From Chthoniobacteraceae bacterium (lineage in GTDB: Bacteria > Verrucomicrobiota > Verrucomicrobiia > Chthoniobacterales > Chthoniobacteraceae), in NCBI GenBank assembly GCA_040081625.1, contig JBEBGD010000024.1:1-60907 (forward strand): a DNA stretch of 60,907 nt. Direction: 5' to 3'. Below are positions 55,697-60,907 of the stretch, piece after piece (position 1 is the first letter of the stretch; every line of letters starts with the position of its first letter). The notes below the pieces were generated by a model. That model was not told where the DNA came from. It did no database searches and saw nothing but the letters and a program-made list of their open reading frames with translations. The position numbers were made by a program, and so were the translations under genes.

Positions 55697-56448
55697 CAGC
55701 GCGGAACGATGCCGACGAAGTCGCGCACGTTGCGAAGTTCGCGGCGGTAGAACGGCGGTTCGCCGGCGACCCAAAGCCCGGTCGAGGAGCCGCCGTCGAG
55801 ATTGAGGGCGCGCGAAATCTTCATCCCCGCCACCGCGCCGGGCGTCGCGAGGATCGCGCCGATCTCCGCAAGCGTGACGGGATCGGAAATCACGAGCCCG
55901 CACCGGCCCGCGCCGTCGGTGATGATCGCCGTGCGCGCGTCGCGCTTCGTGGCGTTGAGGCCGGCGACGGGCTTGCCGGCATCGACGAGGAATGGCCCGG
56001 CCTGCACCGCCTCGCGCAGCGTGGCGGTGCGCTGGAACTCGCCGACGCGCACGAGCGCGATGCGGTCGGCGGTGACGGTGAGCAGGCCGCTTAGCAGCCG
56101 CGCGCGCTCGAGCGGGTGCAGCTCGCGGCCCTGTCGCACGCGGAGGCCGAGCGCAGTCCGGTCCGGCTGGAAGTAGCCGCCATTGACCGCGGCGAGCGCG
56201 CCGCGTTTGCGAGACGCGGAGGCCAGATCGAAGGCATCCGCGGGATCGTCCATGAGCGCAAAGGTGTGCGTCTTTGTGGCGAAGGTGACGGCGTGCAGTC
56301 GCGCAGTGGCGGACTCGGAGCGCAGATCGATCCGGCTGAAACTGATCCCGGCTGGCGCGGAGAGCGGCGCGGTTTTCTCCACGACCCACGGGGCCGCGGA
56401 TGCGAAGTGGACGAGCGAAATCAGAATGCCGCCGACGCGTGGAATCAT
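55696..56448 (-). CDS. Phosphodiester glycosidase (NAGPA-like) family protein
   Basis: Signal peptide; VNGGYF, QAGPFLV, RTAI, ALNLDGGSST. Confidence 0.88.
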   Translation of the reverse strand: MIPRVGGILISLVHFASAAPWVVEKTAPLSAPAGISFSRIDLRSESATARLHAVTFATKTHTFALMDDPADAFDLASASRKRGALAAVNGGYFQPDRTALGLRVRQGRELHPLERARLLSGLLTVTADRIALVRVGEFQRTATLREAVQAGPFLVDAGKPVAGLNATKRDARTAIITDGAGRCGLVISDPVTLAEIGAILATPGAVAGMKISRALNLDGGSSTGLWVAGEPPFYRRELRNVRDFVGIVPR

Positions 56449-57095
56449 CGCGCCAGCACGCAGCGCAACCCGACATCCGGCCCGCGGTGCTCACGGGTAA
56501 TCACGCGGCGGGAATCCGACCGGCATTCCTCCGCCTTGGAAGTCCACGCGCCGCCGCGGACCACGCGGCTCTCGCCGGAGACATCCGCGCACCACTCCCA
56601 GAGATATCCGTGCATGTCGAAAAGCCCCCACGGGTTCGGCTTTTTCGCGCCGGCTGGCGGATCATTGCCCGCCGCATTCCCCGCGAACCAGCCGAACTCG
56701 CCGAGCATTGCCGCGTCGTCGCCGAAGCTGAACGCGGTCGTCGTCCCCGCGCGGCAGGCGATCTCCCACTCGCGTTGGGCAGGCAGGCGCACCACGTCCT
56801 CCGCGCCGATGAGCTTCGCCTCGCGCAGCAGCGTCGTCGCCTTCACGCAGAAGGCGACGGCTTCGTCCCACGAGACCACCTCGACCGAGTTGCGCTCGCC
56901 TTTCCACTGGCTCGGGTCCGCGCCGGCCACCACGCGATAGACCTCCTGTGTCACCTCGAACTTGTGCATCCGCACTTCGAGCGCCGGCAGCGGGAGAAAT
57001 CCGGCGTGCCACTCGCGCAGCAACGCCTCCTTATCCGCCGCATGGACGCCGAAGCTGCCGGCTGCGAGCAACGGCAGGAGCGCGCGGCGGATCAC
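56445..57095 (-). CDS. FGE/SUMF1-family domain protein, exported
   Basis: GTG 57095 overlaps the cytochrome stop; FEVTQ, VSWDEA, RLP..REWE.ACRAG, PNPWGLFDMHG..WEWC, RGGAW, GLRCV. Confidence 0.88.
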   Translation of the reverse strand: MIRRALLPLLAAGSFGVHAADKEALLREWHAGFLPLPALEVRMHKFEVTQEVYRVVAGADPSQWKGERNSVEVVSWDEAVAFCVKATTLLREAKLIGAEDVVRLPAQREWEIACRAGTTTAFSFGDDAAMLGEFGWFAGNAAGNDPPAGAKKPNPWGLFDMHGYLWEWCADVSGESRVVRGGAWTSKAEECRSDSRRVITREHRGPDVGLRCVLAR

Positions 57096-57394
57096 GGCGT
57101 GGCGGGCTTTCCGTAGCTGCGCAGGAGGTAATCGAGCAGCGGGTCCACGCTCTCCGCGACGACGGGCGCGCCGTATTTCTGCTGCATCTTCGTCACGCTG
57201 GCCTTCCACTGGTCGCGCGTGAGCGATGGCTGCGTGGTGATGTAATCGACCGAGTGGCACATGAGGCAGTTCGCCTTCACGAGGTCGGCGCCGGGGTTCG
57301 GCTTGAGGACGACTTGCTCGGCGGGGAGGGTCCAGTCTTCCGCCGCGGCGATGAAGATGAAGACGAAGAAGTGGAAGTAGAAAATGCGGATCAT
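57092..57394 (-). CDS. sorB: Monoheme cytochrome c, SorB-like subunit
   Basis: ATG 57394 overlaps the sorA stop; PGADLV..NCLMCHSVDYITTQP, W..SV.KM...YGAP. Confidence 0.85.
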   Translation of the reverse strand: MIRIFYFHFFVFIFIAAAEDWTLPAEQVVLKPNPGADLVKANCLMCHSVDYITTQPSLTRDQWKASVTKMQQKYGAPVVAESVDPLLDYLLRSYGKPATP

Positions 57395-58596
57395 GCGGCG
57401 GTGATGTGAACGGTTTCGACGACGTTGCGCATGTATCCGGCGGGATTCCACAGCGGGTCGAGCGGCTGCGACTGGCCGAGCCGGTTGGTCGCTTTCACGC
57501 GCAGCTTATATTCGCCGGCGCGGCGCGGGGTGAAGGCGATCGTCCACTCGCGGAAGGAATACTTTCCGGCGTCCTTGCCGAGCTCGGCGGCGCGCCACGA
57601 GCGGCCGTCGTCTTCGCTGAATAGCACCTCGCGAATGCCGTAACCGCCGTCGAACGCGATGCCGCGGACGAGCGTCTCGCCCTTGATCTTCGCGCCGTCG
57701 GCGAGGCTGGTGATGAAGCTGCGGACGTTGAAGCGCGAGATGGGGATCGTGTGCTTCGCCGTGGTGCCGGGCTCGATCGCGGCGCACTCAGTGTCCGGGA
57801 TGCGATAAGCGGGGTCCATCCAGAAGCCCTTGAACGTCTCATCGACGACGGTGATCTCGTGCAGGTGCTTGATCCAATACGTGCCGTAGTGGCCGGGCAC
57901 GACGAGGCGCAGCGGAAAACCATTCAGCCACGGCAGCGGCTCGCCGTTCATCTCGTAGGCGAGCAGCAGGTCGGGATCGAGCGCCTGCCCGACATCGATT
58001 GCCTTGATGAAATCGGGCACCGTCGGCGCGGGCGGCGCGTCGAGGCCGTTGAGAAGAACCTGCTTCGCCTCGGGCGCGAGCCCGGCTTTCTCGAGCACGT
58101 CCTTGAGGCGCGCACCGCGCCACTTCGCGTTGCCCATCGCGCCGTTCGCGAGCTGGCCGCCGGGCACGCGCGGCTGGAAAAAGCCGCGGCTGTTTCCGCT
58201 GCACTGATTCACCGCGACGATCTCAACGGGCTCAAACTTCGCCTTCAACTCCTCGACGCTGAGCTTGAGCGGCGTCTTCACTTTCCCGAGCACCTGCACG
58301 CGGAAGGCCTCCGGCGCGAGCACTTCGCGCGGCGGCGGCGAACCGCTGAGGTGGTAGCGCACGAAGAACGCGTCGTTCGGCGTCGTGAGGCCTTCGTTGA
58401 AAACGGCGAACGGCGTCTCGAGCTGCGGTGGGCGCGCGCTGAGGCGGAGCAGCGGACGCTTCTGCGGATACTTCACGAGCGAGCGCTCGCCGTTGTCGAA
58501 CGGCAGCCGCACGATCGCATCCTCGGCGAGCGCGGTGGATGCCGCGAGCAGCGCGGCGTGGCGGAGAAAGTCGCGGCGGGAAAGCGCGGGGTTCAT
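57391..58596 (-). CDS. sorA: Sulfite oxidase-family molybdoenzyme, SorA-like sulfite:cytochrome c oxidoreductase
   Basis: Tat signal SRRDFL; RPPQLETP, FFVRYH, Mo-ligand NQCSGNSR, NGFPLRLVVPG, WNPAGYMRNVVE. Confidence 0.88.
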   Translation of the reverse strand: MNPALSRRDFLRHAALLAASTALAEDAIVRLPFDNGERSLVKYPQKRPLLRLSARPPQLETPFAVFNEGLTTPNDAFFVRYHLSGSPPPREVLAPEAFRVQVLGKVKTPLKLSVEELKAKFEPVEIVAVNQCSGNSRGFFQPRVPGGQLANGAMGNAKWRGARLKDVLEKAGLAPEAKQVLLNGLDAPPAPTVPDFIKAIDVGQALDPDLLLAYEMNGEPLPWLNGFPLRLVVPGHYGTYWIKHLHEITVVDETFKGFWMDPAYRIPDTECAAIEPGTTAKHTIPISRFNVRSFITSLADGAKIKGETLVRGIAFDGGYGIREVLFSEDDGRSWRAAELGKDAGKYSFREWTIAFTPRRAGEYKLRVKATNRLGQSQPLDPLWNPAGYMRNVVETVHITAA

Positions 58597-58623
58597 GGGG
58601 ACGGATGGTTGCCGAAGCGCGCG

Positions 58624-59073
58624 TCAGATCGGCGTCTGCCCGGTGACGAATCGCTCGAGCTGCTCGATCGTCGCGGCCTGCGCGGAGATGATGAATTTGA
58701 CGAGGTCGCCGACGGAGAGAATGCCGACGAGTTCCTTGCCATCCATGACGGGCAGATGCCGCACGCGGTTCTCGGTCATGCGGAGCATGCACGCGCTGAC
58801 GCTGTCCGATGAGGTCGCGGTGATGAGGTGACGCGACATGATCTCGCGCACCGGCGTTTCCTTCGACGAGCGGCCCTTGAGGATCACGTTGCGCGTGTAA
58901 TCGCGCTCGGAGACGATGCCCTGGAGCTTGCCGCCGGCGATCACCGGCAGCGCGCCGACATTCTTGTCGGCCATCAATTTGATCGCATCGAAGACCATGG
59001 CGTCCGGTTCGATGGACCAAAGGGCGGAATTTTTTTGACTGAGGATGAGGCTGATGGGTCCGGCGGTGTCCAT
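58624..59073 (-). CDS. CBS-pair domain protein
   Basis: ATG 59073; MADKNVGALPV, GIVSERDY, VREIMS, RHLPV, LSVGDLVK. Confidence 0.92.
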   Translation of the reverse strand: MDTAGPISLILSQKNSALWSIEPDAMVFDAIKLMADKNVGALPVIAGGKLQGIVSERDYTRNVILKGRSSKETPVREIMSRHLITATSSDSVSACMLRMTENRVRHLPVMDGKELVGILSVGDLVKFIISAQAATIEQLERFVTGQTPI

Positions 59074-59130
59074 GATGCGGTGGTGGTTGATGCGAGTATC
59101 GAACCCGCGAAAGCGCGGGCAAGCGCCAAT

Positions 59131-59178
59131 GTAGCCACGGCCCTCTGGGCCGTGCATGCCGCAGAGCGGCGTGGCTAC
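59131..59178. repeat. GTAG-type REP doublet (two 24-nt REPs tail to tail)
   Basis: Plus strand GTAG-C-CACGGCCC-TCT-GGGCCGTG (59131-59154); minus strand GTAG-C-CACGCCGC-TCT-GCGGCATG (59178-59155). Confidence 0.85.
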
Positions 59179-59180
59179 AG

Positions 59181-60554
59181 TTAGCCCGCCTTCACGAGCG
59201 TCACGAGTTCCTGCAGCGAGGCTTTCGCGTCGCCGAAAAGCATCCGGCAATTGTCGCGCACGAAAAGCCGGTTCTCGATTCCCGCGAAGCCCTTGCCCAT
59301 CGAGCGCTTGAGCACGATGACGGTGCGCGCCTTCGCGGCCTGGATGATCGGCATGCCGAAGATCGGGCTGCCCTTGTCCTCCTCGGCAGCGGGATTGACG
59401 ACGTCGTTCGCGCCGATGACGAGGCACACTTCCGCGCGCTCCATCTGCGGATTGATCGTCTCCATCTCGACGAGTTGCTCGTAAGGCACGTTTGCCTCGG
59501 CGAGCAGCACGTTCATGTGGCCGGGCATGCGGCCGGCGACGGGATGAATCGCGAAGCTCACCTCGACGCCGCGCTGCGCGAGTTCGTCGGAGAGCTGCCG
59601 CACGGCGTGCTGCGCCTGCGCGACGGCGAGCCCGTAGCCGGGAACGATGACGACGTGATGCGCGATGCCGAGCAGGAGCGCGGTCTCGTCGGGCTGGATG
59701 GGCTTCACCGCGCCGCCGCTCTCGTCGGCGGTTGATTCGTCGCTGCTCGGTTTTCCGAATGCGCCGAAGAGCACGTTGGTGACGGGGCGGTTCATCGCCT
59801 TGCACATCGAGAGCGTGAGCAGCGTGCCGGAGGAACCGACGAGCGTGCCGGCGATGATGAGCGCGAGGTTCGAGATCGCGAATCCATCCGCGGCGACGGC
59901 GAGACCGGTGAAGGAATTGAGCAGCGAGATGACGACCGGCATGTCCGCACCGCCGATGGGCAGCACCATGAGCACGCCGAAGCCGAGCGCGAGCAGGAGG
60001 AAGAGGATGAAGAGCGCGATGTTCTGCGTCGCGATGGCGAGGGCGATGCCGAGCGCGACGATGAGCAGGATGAGCGCGGCATTTGCGAACTGCTGGCCGG
60101 GATAGGTGATCGGCTTCTCGAAGTGCCCCTCGAGCTTCGCGAAGGCGATGATGCTGCCGGAAAAGGACACCGCGCCGATGAGGCCGGCGAAGAGCATCGC
60201 GGTGATGAAGCCGACGCCCCTGCCCTGCCCGGCGAACTCGATCGCAGCGACGAGCGCCGCCGCGCCGCCGCCCGCGCCGTTGAAGAGCGCGACCATCTGC
60301 GGCATCGCGGTCATCTTCACCCGATACGCGCCGATCGCGCCGACCACGAGACCGGCGAGCACGCCGACGATCATGAGCGAGCCGTTGAGCGCGCCGGCAT
60401 GGAGAAGTGGCGCGGTGGCGAGCAGGGCGAGGAGCATTCCCGCGGCGGCGACGAGATTGCCGATGCGCGCGCTTTTCGGCGAGGCGAGCAGCTTGATGCC
60501 GAGGATGAAGAGCACCGAGGCGCCGAGGAAGGCGAGGGCGACGGGCGTGCTCAT
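59181..60554 (-). CDS. pntB: NAD(P) transhydrogenase subunit beta
   Basis: ATG 60554; MTAMPQMVA.FNG.GG, IGGADMPVVISLLNS, PGYGLAVAQAQ, IHPVAGRMPGHMNVLLAEA, GANDVVNP. Confidence 0.96.
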   Translation of the reverse strand: MSTPVALAFLGASVLFILGIKLLASPKSARIGNLVAAAGMLLALLATAPLLHAGALNGSLMIVGVLAGLVVGAIGAYRVKMTAMPQMVALFNGAGGGAAALVAAIEFAGQGRGVGFITAMLFAGLIGAVSFSGSIIAFAKLEGHFEKPITYPGQQFANAALILLIVALGIALAIATQNIALFILFLLLALGFGVLMVLPIGGADMPVVISLLNSFTGLAVAADGFAISNLALIIAGTLVGSSGTLLTLSMCKAMNRPVTNVLFGAFGKPSSDESTADESGGAVKPIQPDETALLLGIAHHVVIVPGYGLAVAQAQHAVRQLSDELAQRGVEVSFAIHPVAGRMPGHMNVLLAEANVPYEQLVEMETINPQMERAEVCLVIGANDVVNPAAEEDKGSPIFGMPIIQAAKARTVIVLKRSMGKGFAGIENRLFVRDNCRMLFGDAKASLQELVTLVKAG

Positions 60555-60832
60555 TTGCGGCGCTTGAACATTTGCAGCATCCGGTCGGTGACCATGAATC
60601 CGCCGAAGACATTCGCGGAGCCGAGCACGACGGCGACGAAGCCCGCGGTGATCTCGATCCATCCGTGCGCCTCCGCGAGCACGAGCAGGCCGCCGACGAG
60701 GATGATGCCGTGGATCGCATTCGTGCCCGACATGAGCGGCGTGTGGAGCATCGAGGGAACCTTCGAGATCAGCTCGAAGCCGAGGAAGATCGAGAGGACG
60801 AAGATGAAGAAGATGAGGGTGTCGGGCGTCAT
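60551..60832 (-). CDS. pntAB: NAD(P) transhydrogenase subunit alpha part 2
   Basis: KVPSMLHTPLMSGTNAIHG, NVFGGFMVTDRMLQMF. Confidence 0.95.
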   Translation of the reverse strand: MTPDTLIFFIFVLSIFLGFELISKVPSMLHTPLMSGTNAIHGIILVGGLLVLAEAHGWIEITAGFVAVVLGSANVFGGFMVTDRMLQMFKRRK

Positions 60833-60907
60833 GACTTGAAGAATGGAGTCATTCTGAGGGACCGAACACGCGGTGATTTTTTGTCCGGGATGAACCAGTA
60901 AGCGGGT

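Noticed and set aside
58624..60720. 698-aa ORF suggesting a large CBS fusion protein
   Set aside because: Only the last 149 aa (from ATG 59073) look like protein; the rest is an alternative frame of pntAB/pntB and runs through a REP.

Overview
GC-rich bacterial chromosomal segment. By inference it is Verrucomicrobiota, probably Chthoniobacterales/Spartobacteria-like: it has a PEP-CTERM protein with autotransporter-associated strand repeats, an IEPLEARIAPA (LEPR-XLL-type) protein, a DIG-motif Ser/Thr kinase with PEGA and FGE domains, and hprK-ptsH-ptsI. About 43 credible CDSs are present. Housekeeping genes: ppk1, pfkA, mazG, uvrC, xseA, hprK/ptsH/ptsI, mpl, rho, sorAB-like, pntAB/pntB. There are also peptidoglycan-remodelling enzymes, a split CbiX + DR2241-like Fe-S operon and four large surface proteins. 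No tRNA, rRNA, CRISPR array, transposase or integrase was recognised. Two REP-doublet hairpins and an inverted heptamer array lie in intergenic gaps. The best candidate for an undescribed system is the lower-GC locus at ~40.5-55 kb. Two Cys-free, Ala-rich secreted helical proteins (561 and 1350 aa) each have their own strong terminator and each sits next to its own O-antigen-ligase(Wzy_C)+TPR paralog. Both end in T-D-[VI]-x-x-x-COOH at exactly the same offset. An EEP protein, a GT-C glycosyltransferase and a GT2-methyltransferase follow. This suggests a dedicated surface-protein (S-layer-like) glycosylation or anchoring system with a C-terminal recognition signal. Family calls come from motif recognition by eye; no database searches were run.
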